Shown here in pieces: positions 36,586 through 45,831 of a DNA stretch of 61,789 nt. How positions within the stretch are numbered: position 1 is the first letter of the stretch; every line of letters begins with the position of its first letter. The notes under the pieces are model-generated. The model worked only from the letters and a program-made list of their open reading frames with translations, had not been told where the DNA came from and ran no database searches. The translations under genes and the position numbers were made by a program. Origin of the DNA: a virus (taxonomy: Duplodnaviria > Caudoviricetes). The stretch is taken from the IMG/VR virus record IMGVR_UViG_3300048079_000081, positions 1 through 61,789 of that record; one strand, given 5' to 3'.

Positions 36586-37464
36586 GTGGCCGAACGGCTC
36601 CTGGCCGATGACCTGACCCTCGAGCAGCTCGGCGCCTTCCTCGGGCTCCTGGCGTGGATGCACCGGCGCTGGGCGCTCGAGCGGCCCGCGAGCGCCGCCC
36701 AAGCGAACACAGCTCGGGTCCCTCCGGGGGATCTCCTCACCATCACCCGCGCTCAGACGCTCGAGGAAGCGAGGGCGCGGCTCGAGGCGATCCGGGCCCG
36801 TTTCGAGCTCGGCGTCAAGCTGCGCGGGGACTTCACCGAAATCACCTGGCCTAAGCTCGCGAAATATCAGGGGTGGTCCTTCCCAAACCGGGCCCCGCGG
36901 CGGAAAAGTAGTCCCGAGGTACTTTTCAACACTGCCGAGCGTATCCCCCTCTCCTCCCCCCCCCTGCCTTCCTCCGGTGGCTTCTCTTCCTCCGTGGAGA
37001 CTTCCACCTCCTCTCTCCGAACCGAGCATGACGCTCACGCCGAAAACGCCGAAAACGCGACCGAGCGGCGATACGTGCCGGTGGGAGAAACGCCCACCAA
37101 CGGCGCCAAGGCGGACCGGAGCCGGGGCCTGGAATCCGCGCTGCCCGCATACCTGCCGGGCCGTGACTTCCCGGTGGCTGAGCGTGCGGTGCGCTGGGCC
37201 AACGTCCTCGGCCAGGAGCCTGGCACAGTGGCGGAGAAGGTGGCCTACCTCACCCGGGAGCTCCCGCTGATCGAAGCCGAGGCGCTCGCATCGCTGGGCG
37301 CCGGCCACCGCACGCGGGAGAACGCGCGCGCCAAGGTGCGCGCGCTGGTGATCCGCTTCTGGCGCAACGAGGTCGCGAAGCAAGGTCGAGGCGATCCGGC
37401 GCGCAAGTCTTTGTCCTCACTCGAGAAAGCTGCACGCCGCGTGGCCCAGGAGCCGGAGAGGTGA
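36586..37464 (+). CDS. putative replication initiator (true start possibly CTG 36559)
   Basis: LWFRV...LTLEQLGAF..LL..W N-terminus, Ser/Pro linker, followed by loader-like gene. Confidence 0.55.
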   Translation: MAERLLADDLTLEQLGAFLGLLAWMHRRWALERPASAAQANTARVPPGDLLTITRAQTLEEARARLEAIRARFELGVKLRGDFTEITWPKLAKYQGWSFPNRAPRRKSSPEVLFNTAERIPLSSPPLPSSGGFSSSVETSTSSLRTEHDAHAENAENATERRYVPVGETPTNGAKADRSRGLESALPAYLPGRDFPVAERAVRWANVLGQEPGTVAEKVAYLTRELPLIEAEALASLGAGHRTRENARAKVRALVIRFWRNEVAKQGRGDPARKSLSSLEKAARRVAQEPER

Positions 37465-38063
37465 CGCCTCGAGAGCGCCGAGTGGCGAGCCTCACGGCGT
37501 GCTTTGCGATCTTCCCGCCCAAGGTCGAGGCGGGCCCGGACCGGTCCGAGCAGCTCGAGCTCGTGCTCCGCCTCTATCTCGCGGCGCTCGAGGACCTGCC
37601 GGCCGAGCTGCTCGAGGCGGGAGTCTCGGACCTCCTGCGCACCTGGGCGCCGAGCTACGGCCGCACGTGCCCCAGCCCGCAGGAGCTCCGCGAAGCCGCC
37701 ACCCGACGCGCCCGCGACTCTGCCGCGCTGGCCTGCGCACGCGAGGCCCGCGAGGAGGACGCGCGCCTGGCCCGGGAGACGGTGAGCCCGGCGCGGCTCC
37801 GCGAGCTCGCCGCCGAGCTCGACGCCCGCGGTCGCGCCGCGCTCCCGGAGCGCGGTGCTCCAGGAGCGCGAGGCGCCACCTCCGGGGGCCGAGGGGTCAC
37901 CCTCGTCTGGGCGGTGCTCGCCGGCATGCTGCGGTCGGGCGCGGCGGCAGCCGAAGCCGGCATCGGTCGCCCGAAACGCCCGGCCCTGACGCGCGGGACC
38001 GGGCACACGCTGGAATCCGAGGCGCCTGGCCGTGGCCCAGGGCCTACAGACGGGGGATCGTAG
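37461..38063 (+). CDS. putative helicase loader/inhibitor-like protein
   Basis: LY..ALEDLP...L...V......CPSPQELR pattern; follows initiator. Confidence 0.5.
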   Translation: MTPRERRVASLTACFAIFPPKVEAGPDRSEQLELVLRLYLAALEDLPAELLEAGVSDLLRTWAPSYGRTCPSPQELREAATRRARDSAALACAREAREEDARLARETVSPARLRELAAELDARGRAALPERGAPGARGATSGGRGVTLVWAVLAGMLRSGAAAAEAGIGRPKRPALTRGTGHTLESEAPGRGPGPTDGGS

Positions 38064-38066
38064 AAC

Positions 38067-38456
38067 GTGAGCGAACGTGGGCCTTCCGACGCTTCCGCTG
38101 CCGGACCGATGCAAGCGGCGGACCTCGTGGCGTACCGTCAATCCGTTGACGCTTTGGGAGCGGCGAGCGCCAGTTTCGTGGCGCAGGTGGGCGCTCTCGT
38201 CGCTCACCAGCTCGTCGCGGCGCACATCGTCGAGGCGCCCGGCGCGCGCATCCTCTCCGGTGTCACGGCCGACTACCGGGGGCTGCTGCTCCTGACGGCC
38301 GAGCGGCTAGTGATCGAGGTGGTGGCGACCTGCGCGAAAATGGGCGCCCGCCTCGACCCGGCGCGCGTCCAGGCCATCTTCGCCTTGGCGGCGGCGCCGA
38401 TCGCGCTCCCGGAGCGCGATGTCCCCACCGCGCCCTCAAGCACGCGGGAGCAGTGA
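38067..38456 (+). CDS. hypothetical protein
   Basis: Operon tiling. Confidence 0.6.
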   Translation: MSERGPSDASAAGPMQAADLVAYRQSVDALGAASASFVAQVGALVAHQLVAAHIVEAPGARILSGVTADYRGLLLLTAERLVIEVVATCAKMGARLDPARVQAIFALAAAPIALPERDVPTAPSSTREQ

Positions 38457-38728
38457 TGCCGCGCCGCGTCAGTTTCGAGGCCGAAAAGGAGAGGCAGGCG
38501 CGCGACGCCGAGGACGCCCGCCTCGACGCGGCCGACTGCGCCGCGCACGTCGCGCTCCCGGAGCGCGATGTCTGCGCGCGCTGCGGGCTCCAGCACCCGA
38601 CGATCATCACGGCGATCTGGAGCTTCTACCACGCGGACTGCTACGCCGCGGTGCGGCGCGAATTGGAAGGCCGCCCGGCCACGCGGCGCGAAGTGGAGCG
38701 CCATCGCGCTCCCGGAGCGCGCCGGTAG
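38453..38728 (+). CDS. hypothetical Zn-binding protein
   Basis: CARC...H..C; two palindromes. Confidence 0.6.
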   Translation: MMPRRVSFEAEKERQARDAEDARLDAADCAAHVALPERDVCARCGLQHPTIITAIWSFYHADCYAAVRRELEGRPATRREVERHRAPGARR

Positions 38729-39226
38729 ATGCCCGCCATCGGCTTCGAGCATCGGTTCGTGGTGGCCGTGTGGACCGGGGAGAAGCGCCAGAGCATCCGC
38801 CCTCCGCGCGTGCGGTCGCTCTTCGAGGCCGGCAGCCGGCTTTCGATGTTCGCCGGCTGGCGCACGACGCGGTGCGTCAGGATCGCCGAGGCGGAGATTC
38901 GCAGTGTCGCCCGCGTGCGGCTCGAGTGCGAGAGCCGCCTCGAGTGCCAGACGTACCGGCTCTACGTCCGCGTCGGGAGCCAGTGGCTCCAGGAGCCGAT
39001 CGACGCCGCGGCGCGCCGCGACGGCTTCACCGGACCCACGCCGGGCTGCGATCTCGCCGTGTTCCTCGAGCGGAAGCACGGGCCGGCGCCCTTTGAGGGC
39101 CACCTCGTCACCTGGGGCGAGCTCGCGTGGCGCTGCTCGAGCCGCGACCTCGACGGCTATCTCGCCGCGCATGAGCGCGCCGAAGCACGAAAAAACCGCA
39201 GGACTCGCGCTCCAGTGGCGCGATGA
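38729..39226 (+). CDS. ASCH/PUA-like domain protein
   Basis: F...F...V.TGEKRQSIR...G..L.MF.G.RT..C...ARRDGF. Confidence 0.75.
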   Translation: MPAIGFEHRFVVAVWTGEKRQSIRPPRVRSLFEAGSRLSMFAGWRTTRCVRIAEAEIRSVARVRLECESRLECQTYRLYVRVGSQWLQEPIDAAARRDGFTGPTPGCDLAVFLERKHGPAPFEGHLVTWGELAWRCSSRDLDGYLAAHERAEARKNRRTRAPVAR

Positions 39227-39606
39227 GGAACACCATGACCGAACCGACGACACCGACCCCCTCGCGCCTCGTGTTCCCGGAACGCGACTCCGGGAGCGCG
39301 ACGATCCCGGCCGAGCACCTCGCAGACTTCGAGGTCCTCCGGCAGGCCCTCACCCGCGCCGCGCGAGGCCCGACCGAGGACTTCGCGCGGGTGCTCGCCG
39401 CCGCGCTGATCGACCTGCGCGTCGAGCTCGGGCGCCTCGAGAAGTGCGACCTCGCGCTCCTGGCCCAGGTGACGGCGCAACGGCTCGAAGGGCTCGAGGC
39501 GCGACTGGTTGCGGTCGAAGCCCGCGTGGCGGCGATCATCCTGGAGCTCAACGCCCTGCCGGACGCATCGCGCTCCAGGAGCGCGACCGCGGAGGCGGGG
39601 CGGTGA
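39223..39606 (+). CDS. hypothetical coiled-coil protein
   Basis: ATGA overlap. Confidence 0.6.
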   Translation: MRNTMTEPTTPTPSRLVFPERDSGSATIPAEHLADFEVLRQALTRAARGPTEDFARVLAAALIDLRVELGRLEKCDLALLAQVTAQRLEGLEARLVAVEARVAAIILELNALPDASRSRSATAEAGR

Positions 39607-40019
39607 TCGCCAAGAAAGGCGCGCCGACTTCGTTTTCCAAGGTCGCGACCCAGCCGAAGCGCGCGAAGCGCCCGGCTTGGCCCCGCGTGCCGGTGCGGCC
39701 TCAAGGCCACGCCGCCGCGCTCCGGTACGCGCGCGGACACGCCCGGACCGCGCAGAAGCGCCTCGCGGACGCGGGCAAGCTCCTCGCCGCCCAAGGCTAC
39801 GCCCCCCAGCATCCTTGGCGCCTGCGGACCGAGTGCGCGCGGGACGCTGTCGCCGAGTGCCTCGCCTGGCTCGAGGAGGCGCTGGCGCAGGCGCTCGAGG
39901 AACCCGGGCCCAACCCCGCCCACCCGTCGTGGCCTGAGCCGGCCAAGAAGCGCCGCGCCAGAGCCGCCCGCAACGCAGACGAGGACGAGAAACCGGAAGA
40001 ACCACCGGAGGCGCTCTAG
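39603..40019 (+). CDS. hypothetical protein
   Basis: GTGA overlap, SD GGAGG. Confidence 0.6.
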   Translation: MIAKKGAPTSFSKVATQPKRAKRPAWPRVPVRPQGHAAALRYARGHARTAQKRLADAGKLLAAQGYAPQHPWRLRTECARDAVAECLAWLEEALAQALEEPGPNPAHPSWPEPAKKRRARAARNADEDEKPEEPPEAL

Positions 40020-40027
40020 GTGTCGCC

Positions 40028-40357
40028 GTGAGGTTCATCGAGTTCCTCGACGGCTACGGCGCCTACCGGACGCGGAACGGCGCCAAGGCGCACCTGGCGG
40101 CCCAACCTGGCGCGCCCACGGTCTGCGGGCGAACCGCTGTCACCCGGGTGCCCGCGCCGGAGCTCGAGGGCCTCTGCCGGGAGTGCATCACCCGCGCCCA
40201 CTACCGGCTGCCGACCGTCCGCGCCCGCCACGCCGAACGGCTACGCCGGCGCGTGAACGCCTACCAGCGCGCCCGCTACTACGCGAGCCGACTGCCGCCG
40301 AAGCCGGGGCTTCCGCATCGCGCTCCTGGAGCGCGATCTCGAGAGGTGGCGAGGTGA
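40028..40357 (+). CDS. hypothetical protein
   Basis: H...CG...CREC putative Zn ligands. Confidence 0.6.
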   Translation: MRFIEFLDGYGAYRTRNGAKAHLAAQPGAPTVCGRTAVTRVPAPELEGLCRECITRAHYRLPTVRARHAERLRRRVNAYQRARYYASRLPPKPGLPHRAPGARSREVAR

Positions 40358-40746
40358 GCGGCTGGCGCGTCCTCGATCGCGCTCTTGGAGCGCGAGTCGT
40401 GCCCCACTCCGAGCACCCGCCGGCCGGCTACGGCGCCGCCTACGTGCTTCCGGTGGAGGGGCTGGCGGTCTGCTACCCGGCGCCGCTCCACCTGCCGGTG
40501 CGCTGGGCGACCTGGGCGTGGTGGCGCCTGCGCGGGCGGCCCAGCCGCTCGGAACGGGCGGCACTCGAGGCGCGGATCAACCTCTGGCACGGCCGCGCGG
40601 AGCGGTATGCCCGGGAGTGCGAGCTGCTGCGCATGGTCAACTCTCGCGCCATCCACGAACGCGAAGACGCAGAGGCCCGCGTCGCCGAGCTCGAGCGCGT
40701 GCTCGAGGTGCTCCGCCAAGAGCTCCTGGGCTGGCACGTCGAGTGA
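40354..40746 (+). CDS. hypothetical protein
   Basis: GTGA overlap; C-terminal coiled coil. Confidence 0.6.
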   Translation: MSGWRVLDRALGARVVPHSEHPPAGYGAAYVLPVEGLAVCYPAPLHLPVRWATWAWWRLRGRPSRSERAALEARINLWHGRAERYARECELLRMVNSRAIHEREDAEARVAELERVLEVLRQELLGWHVE

Positions 40747-40793
40747 TGCCGTGGTTGCACTTGCCGGCGCTGGCGTGGTAGGACGGCACTTCC

Positions 40794-41516
40794 ATGAACC
40801 TGGCGAAGCGGCGCGCCCAGGGCCGGCGATGGTACGCGCTCAACCGCGAGAAGAAACTCGCGAGCATGAGACGCTGGCGTGTGCGCAACCGCGAGAAGGT
40901 GCTCGCGAGAAAGCGGAGATATCGCGAGCTCAACCCTGAGCGACACCGCGCGGAGAGCCTGCGGTATTACTACCGCAACCGCGAGCGAGTGCTCGCGAGG
41001 TTACGAAACTATCGGAAGCTCAATCTCAGGAAGGTGCGAGAGAATCGACAGAAATGGAGTGCTGCCAACCGTGAGAGATTGCGCACGAGAGCGAGACAAC
41101 GGAGGGCGCTCAATCCAGAACGGTTCCGTGAGAAAGCGCGACAATGGCGTGCGCGCAACCGCGAGAAGGTGCGCGCCGTGGCGCGGCGATGGACTGAGCG
41201 CAACCGTGAGGGCGTGCGGGACCGAATGCGATGCTGGAGGGTGCTCAACCGTGAGATGATCAACATTCACGAACGGAGACGGCGGCGGATGAATCTGGAA
41301 AAATCACGCGCCCAGGACCGGCACTGGCACACCCGCAACCGCGACCGGATGCGCGACCCGAAATACGTCTTGGGCATATGGGCCGAGGCCGAAGCAGCAG
41401 AAAAGGATGGACAATGGCACGTCGCAAATCGAAAGTGGCGCTGGATAAACCGCGCACTGGCAAACCCCCTCTCTCGCGCTCGCGTCTTGCGCTCGGCGAG
41501 AAGATCGTCACGCTAG
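40794..41516 (+). CDS. Arg-rich 15-aa tandem-repeat protein
   Basis: About 11 units like (W/Y)xxxN(R/P)E(K/R); lower GC; no nuclease motif seen. Confidence 0.7.
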   Translation: MNLAKRRAQGRRWYALNREKKLASMRRWRVRNREKVLARKRRYRELNPERHRAESLRYYYRNRERVLARLRNYRKLNLRKVRENRQKWSAANRERLRTRARQRRALNPERFREKARQWRARNREKVRAVARRWTERNREGVRDRMRCWRVLNREMINIHERRRRRMNLEKSRAQDRHWHTRNRDRMRDPKYVLGIWAEAEAAEKDGQWHVANRKWRWINRALANPLSRARVLRSARRSSR

Positions 41517-41698
41517 AAGATATCGTCCGAATCCAGCACGCGGTCGCCGTCGATCTCCTCGATGGAACGATCACGACGGCGCACGCGAACGTGATTCTAA
41601 GAACGACGTCAGGGGTGATGCGCGCGGCCGAGTTCCAGGCACGCTACGGCGATCCGGCACAGCGGCAATCGGTGAAGCTGATCAAGCAGGCTCCGTGA
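41414..41698 (+). CDS. hypothetical protein overlapping the repeat gene
   Basis: SD AAGGA; DLL.G.IT...AN.......V....E.Q..YG. Confidence 0.65.
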   Translation: MARRKSKVALDKPRTGKPPLSRSRLALGEKIVTLEDIVRIQHAVAVDLLDGTITTAHANVILRTTSGVMRAAEFQARYGDPAQRQSVKLIKQAP

Positions 41699-41883
41699 CG
41701 CGCTGGCGCCTCTCCTGGCGGTTCGACCCGCGCGACGTGTGGGTCGGCGTCTACTGGAACACCGTGGAGCTCGAGGGTCATGGCGCGAGCTACCCGCGCC
41801 GGCTCGAGGTGTTCGTCTGCCTCGTGCCGTTCTTCCCGCTCTACCTGCGCGTGCCGCTGCGCGGCCGGAGGAGCCGCCGGTGA
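41695..41883 (+). CDS. small hypothetical protein
   Basis: F.PRD.WVGVYW...CLVP.FP. Confidence 0.6.
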   Translation: MTRWRLSWRFDPRDVWVGVYWNTVELEGHGASYPRRLEVFVCLVPFFPLYLRVPLRGRRSRR

Positions 41884-42227
41884 AACGCCGAGGCGGCCGG
41901 CCCAGGCGCCCTGAGCCGGTCGAGGCGGCGACGTTCCGCTTCGACGCGGAGCTCCTCGAGCTGGCCCGGGTGATCGGGCTCCTCCGTGGCGTGCCCATGC
42001 GTCGCCTAGTCGAGGACGGCCTGCGCGAGCACCTCGACCGCCTCCTGGCCGAGGACCCGCCCCTGGCCCAGGCCGTCGCCGAGCTCCTCCCGCACTTCAA
42101 GCGGATGAAGGCGACGCGCGCGGCGGCGGCGCGAACGCTGGCCGGGAGCGCGACCAAGAGCGATCCCGAGGCAGGCGATCCCGGGGACGGCTACGTGCAC
42201 GGCGAGCCCGGATGGGCCGACAAATGA
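41880..42227 (+). CDS. putative ribbon-helix-helix DNA-binding protein
   Basis: GRP...AATFRFDAELLELAR...RG.PM..LV..GL..HL. Confidence 0.7.
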   Translation: MKRRGGRPRRPEPVEAATFRFDAELLELARVIGLLRGVPMRRLVEDGLREHLDRLLAEDPPLAQAVAELLPHFKRMKATRAAAARTLAGSATKSDPEAGDPGDGYVHGEPGWADK

Positions 42228-42697
42228 GCGGCCCCCGGGGTATCTACCGGCCTCTGAAAAGGGCCAGGGTGCGTCCCCTGGCGCGGCTCCTGGCCGACGG
42301 CATGAGCCGGACCGAGCGGCGCTACGCCGAGCACCTCGAGCGCCTGCGCCTGGCCGGCGACATCCTGACCTACCGCTTCCAGCCCGGCTCGCTCTTCCTG
42401 GGCGCCGGGCTGAGCTACCGGCCGGACTTCCTCGTGCTGACCCCTCAGGTGTCCGCCGTGCTCGAAGCCGGCGCCGTGGTCGAGGTGGAGTACCACGAAG
42501 TCAAGGGCGGCCGGCGCAACCGGAAGACTGGCGCCTGGGAGCCCTACTACCGGGAGGGCGCCCGCGACAAGCTCTACGCGACCGCCACCCGCTACTGGTG
42601 GTGGCGGTTCGTGGTGGCGTGGCCGCCGCCGCCGCGCGAAGGCGTCCGCTGGCTCAAGGAGGAGGTGCCGGTGGCGCCCGGGGAGCCGCTGCGGTGA
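42224..42697 (+). CDS. DUF1064-like PD-(D/E)XK endonuclease
   Basis: MS.TE.RY...L...AG.I..Y.FQP..L.L...YRPDF...HEVKG. Confidence 0.8.
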   Translation: MSGPRGIYRPLKRARVRPLARLLADGMSRTERRYAEHLERLRLAGDILTYRFQPGSLFLGAGLSYRPDFLVLTPQVSAVLEAGAVVEVEYHEVKGGRRNRKTGAWEPYYREGARDKLYATATRYWWWRFVVAWPPPPREGVRWLKEEVPVAPGEPLR

Positions 42698-42990
42698 GCG
42701 ATCTTCGCAGGGCGTGCTTCGCGGACGCATTGACCCTCATCGAGCTCCTGGCCCGCTGCCGGCCGGGCGCGCCCGTGGTCTCGCGCGACGTGGCCGAGGC
42801 GCTCGAGTGCCACCTGCGCACGGCCCAGCGGTGGCTCGCCGTGGCCGAGGGCTTCGGCTACGTGACCGGGCGACCCGCGGGCCCGCACCCGTACTACACG
42901 CGGACGGCGCTAGGCACCGCGCTCCCGGAGCGCGACTTCGGAAAAGGCCCGAGCCCGGGTGGCGTTGCACCTCCCGAGCCCGGGCGTTGA
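42694..42990 (+). CDS. putative winged HTH protein
   Basis: SRDVAEALECHLRTAQRWL......GYV. Confidence 0.7.
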   Translation: MSDLRRACFADALTLIELLARCRPGAPVVSRDVAEALECHLRTAQRWLAVAEGFGYVTGRPAGPHPYYTRTALGTALPERDFGKGPSPGGVAPPEPGR

Positions 42991-43044
42991 CGACGAAGCG
43001 AGGACGAAGCCGGCAACCTAGCCGAGCTGCGGGAGGACGCAAAC

Positions 43045-43725
43045 GTGAGCGACGACGCCCCCAAGCAACCGCTCGGGCGTAAGCTGGCCCAGAACATCGC
43101 GGCCCAGGGCCGCGCCCGCGAGGCCGAACGGGTCGCGTGGGCGGCCGACGCGCCTGGGCGCCGGCTCGCCGAGCTCTTCGCGGAGCTCCAGAGCCGGGCG
43201 GCCGTCATCCGGCCGGGCGAGCCGGTGCGTGTGAGCCGCGTCGAGTCGGAGGGACTCCGCTACTACTCCATCGCGCTGGGCGCCGCCGTGTTCCTGCTCT
43301 CGGAGGTGGAGCTCGCGGCGCTCCAGCCGGCCGCCTGGCCCGCGCTCGAGGCGCGGATCTACGAGGCGCTCCACCTCGGGCCGGTGCTGCCGACACCATC
43401 GCCCCTGGCGCGCCTTGACGGGCCCGCGTGGGTCGCCGCCGTGCTCGCGGTGTTCAAGGTCGGCCTGGAGCTCGAAAACTACGACCTGCCCGCCTTGATC
43501 GCGGCGGCCGCCCAAGCCGAGGCCCTCGGGCCCGTGCTCAACCCGACGCTCTACCAGGCGAAGGGCGCGGATCTGGCCCACGACCGCGCCTGGCTCGAGG
43601 CCGCGCTGCCGCTCTGGCGGCACGCCCGGGAGGCGCGCCGGCAAGCGGTCGAGGTGCGCGCCGCAGCCCCGCTCGAGCCGCTCGAGGAGCACGAGGTGGT
43701 CGCGCTCCAGGAGCGCGAGGTGTGA
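43045..43725 (+). CDS. hypothetical protein
   Basis: SD GGGAGG. Confidence 0.65.
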   Translation: MSDDAPKQPLGRKLAQNIAAQGRAREAERVAWAADAPGRRLAELFAELQSRAAVIRPGEPVRVSRVESEGLRYYSIALGAAVFLLSEVELAALQPAAWPALEARIYEALHLGPVLPTPSPLARLDGPAWVAAVLAVFKVGLELENYDLPALIAAAAQAEALGPVLNPTLYQAKGADLAHDRAWLEAALPLWRHAREARRQAVEVRAAAPLEPLEEHEVVALQEREV

Positions 43726-43730
43726 GGGGC

Positions 43731-43760
43731 TTCCCCTCCGCCCCTCGGCCATCGTAGAAT
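43731..43760 (+). promoter_or_regulatory. sigma70-type promoter TTCCCC-N18-TAGAAT
   Basis: -10 is 6 nt before ATG 43767; palindrome 43700 just upstream of -35. Confidence 0.55.
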
Positions 43761-43766
43761 CGGGCG

Positions 43767-44165
43767 ATGCCGGAGCGCCTCGTCGCCTTCTTCTACTACC
43801 TGATGCGCGACACGCTCACGCCGGGCGCCGTGTTCGACCTGATCGCGAACGCGCGCGGAGCCGTTGAGAGCCTCGGGCGCCAGCCTGGCGGAGCCTGGGC
43901 GATCCACTACTCGAGCCCGGGCCTCGAACGCTGCGCCCGGGAAGCCGTCGCGGAGCTCGTGCCCCAGGGCTTCAACGGCGTGCAGCTCGACCTGCTCCTC
44001 AACGCCGTGTACCTCCACCTCGACCGCCTGCGCGCCGCCATCAAGGTCAAGGGCGAGCTCGGCCACGCCAAGGCGGACGCAGAGGGCGCGGTTGAAGTCT
44101 ACCTCCAGCTCGCGGCGCACCTGGCGACCGCGCGCGGCGCGCTCCAGCAGCCGGAGTCGTCCTGA
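43767..44165 (+). CDS. hypothetical protein
   Basis: LVAF.Y.LMRD.L..G.V pattern. Confidence 0.65.
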   Translation: MPERLVAFFYYLMRDTLTPGAVFDLIANARGAVESLGRQPGGAWAIHYSSPGLERCAREAVAELVPQGFNGVQLDLLLNAVYLHLDRLRAAIKVKGELGHAKADAEGAVEVYLQLAAHLATARGALQQPESS

Positions 44166-44458
44166 TGCCGCGCGAGCAGATCGATGTCTCCGTCACCGTG
44201 GAGATCCTCGGCGTGAAGTGGACGCTGGTCGGCTTCAAAGCCGTGGCCGAGCTCGCGGCGTTCCTCGAAGAGCACGCATCGCTCCGAGAGAGCCAGACCA
44301 GGCGGCTCTTTGACGAAGAGCGCGACCGCGAGGCAGAGCGCGCCCGCGAGGCCGCGGCCCGGCTCACGTCCTACGTCGAACCGTCTGCGCTGCGCGACGC
44401 GCCTCCTCACCCCGACCGCGAGAGTTCGATGCTACGCGGCGACGGCGGGGCGGCATGA
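44165..44458 (+). CDS. hypothetical protein
   Basis: TGATG overlap. Confidence 0.6.
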   Translation: MPREQIDVSVTVEILGVKWTLVGFKAVAELAAFLEEHASLRESQTRRLFDEERDREAERAREAAARLTSYVEPSALRDAPPHPDRESSMLRGDGGAA

Positions 44459-45831
44459 TGCCGGGCGAGGTGGCCCACCGCTGTGACCGCTGCGGCGCCT
44501 TCTTCGCCGGCGAGAAGCTGCGAGCCTGCGGTCGGTGCGGCGGGCGCCTGTGGCGCGAGATCCCGGTGATGGCGCCCGAGGCGCTCGTGCGCATCCGCGC
44601 GCCCTACAACCCGCGCAAGCCCATGGACGAGGAGACGCGGGCCCAGCTCCGGGCCTCGCTCGCGGAGCCCTTCGGCTGCATCCAAGACCTCGTGCTCAAC
44701 CGCCGGTCGCCGCGCTTCGGATGGAAGAAGAGCGATCCGCGACCGGTGCTCGTGGGCGGGAACCAGCGCGCGCTCGTGGGTCAAGAGATGGGCCTGGCCG
44801 CGCTCCCGATCGTATGGGTGGACGTGCCCCGCGAGCTCGAGCTCAAACTCAACCTGCGCCTCAACGCGATCGGCGCCGACTTCGACCCGGACGGCGTGAA
44901 GCGCGTGCGGGACGAGCTCGAGAGCCTCGGCGCGAACGTCGAGGAGATCGGCTTCACCCAGGCCCATCTCGACGCCATCACGGCGGGCCTCGACGCCGAC
45001 CTCGAGCGCCACAAGGCGCGCTCCCGGGCGGCGACGGACGAGGATCGCGAGGAGCTCCCGACCGACCCGGTGACGCAACCGGGCGATGTCTGGGAGTGCG
45101 GGCTGCACCGGGTGGTCTGCACCAACGCGCTCGAGGGCGACCTCGCGGCGGCCGTGATCCCGACCAACGGCGCGGACTGTGTGGTGACCGATCCGCCCTA
45201 TGCGATCTACGGCAGCGCCTCCGGGCTCTCCTCAGAGATCACGGACGACAAGATCGTGCGGCCCTTCTTCCGCGCGGCGCTCCGCGCAGCCGAGCGCGTG
45301 ACCCGGCTCTTCGGCCACATCTACATCTTTTGCGATTGGCGGTCCTGGCCCTCGTGGTGGGATGAGGCGAAGGGGCTCCACGTGGAGCCAAAGAACCTGC
45401 TCGTCTGGGATAAAGGCGGCGCCGGCCTCGGCTCCAACTACGCGAACACCTACGAGCTCGTCGGCTTCTTCGCGCACATGCCCGCTACCAAGGCGATGGC
45501 GGGCCAACGCAAGACGGGCCAGCGGTCCGTGTTCAAGAGCAACGTGATGCGCTTCGACCGCGTGACCGGCGCCGATCGGCTCCACAACGCCGCGAAGCCG
45601 GTCGAGCTCATCCGCGAGCTCCTCGAAAACTCGACCGAGGCCGGCGGCACGGTGGTCGACCTCTTCCTCGGGAGCGGTTCCACGCTCATCGCCGCCGAGG
45701 AGCTCGGCCGCCGGTGCCTCGCCGCGGACGTGGACCCGAAGTGGTGCGACGTGGCGGTGCGGCGCTGGGAACGGCTGACCGAGAAGACGGCGGTGCGCGT
45801 GCCAGCGCCGGCCAACGTGGATCAGCGATGA
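44455..45831 (+). CDS. ParB-like N-terminal domain fused to N6A/N4C DNA methyltransferase
   Basis: APYNPR...LVGGNQR (ParB-like); TDPPY; H..AKPV; VDLFLGSGST. Confidence 0.9.
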   Translation: MMPGEVAHRCDRCGAFFAGEKLRACGRCGGRLWREIPVMAPEALVRIRAPYNPRKPMDEETRAQLRASLAEPFGCIQDLVLNRRSPRFGWKKSDPRPVLVGGNQRALVGQEMGLAALPIVWVDVPRELELKLNLRLNAIGADFDPDGVKRVRDELESLGANVEEIGFTQAHLDAITAGLDADLERHKARSRAATDEDREELPTDPVTQPGDVWECGLHRVVCTNALEGDLAAAVIPTNGADCVVTDPPYAIYGSASGLSSEITDDKIVRPFFRAALRAAERVTRLFGHIYIFCDWRSWPSWWDEAKGLHVEPKNLLVWDKGGAGLGSNYANTYELVGFFAHMPATKAMAGQRKTGQRSVFKSNVMRFDRVTGADRLHNAAKPVELIRELLENSTEAGGTVVDLFLGSGSTLIAAEELGRRCLAADVDPKWCDVAVRRWERLTEKTAVRVPAPANVDQR

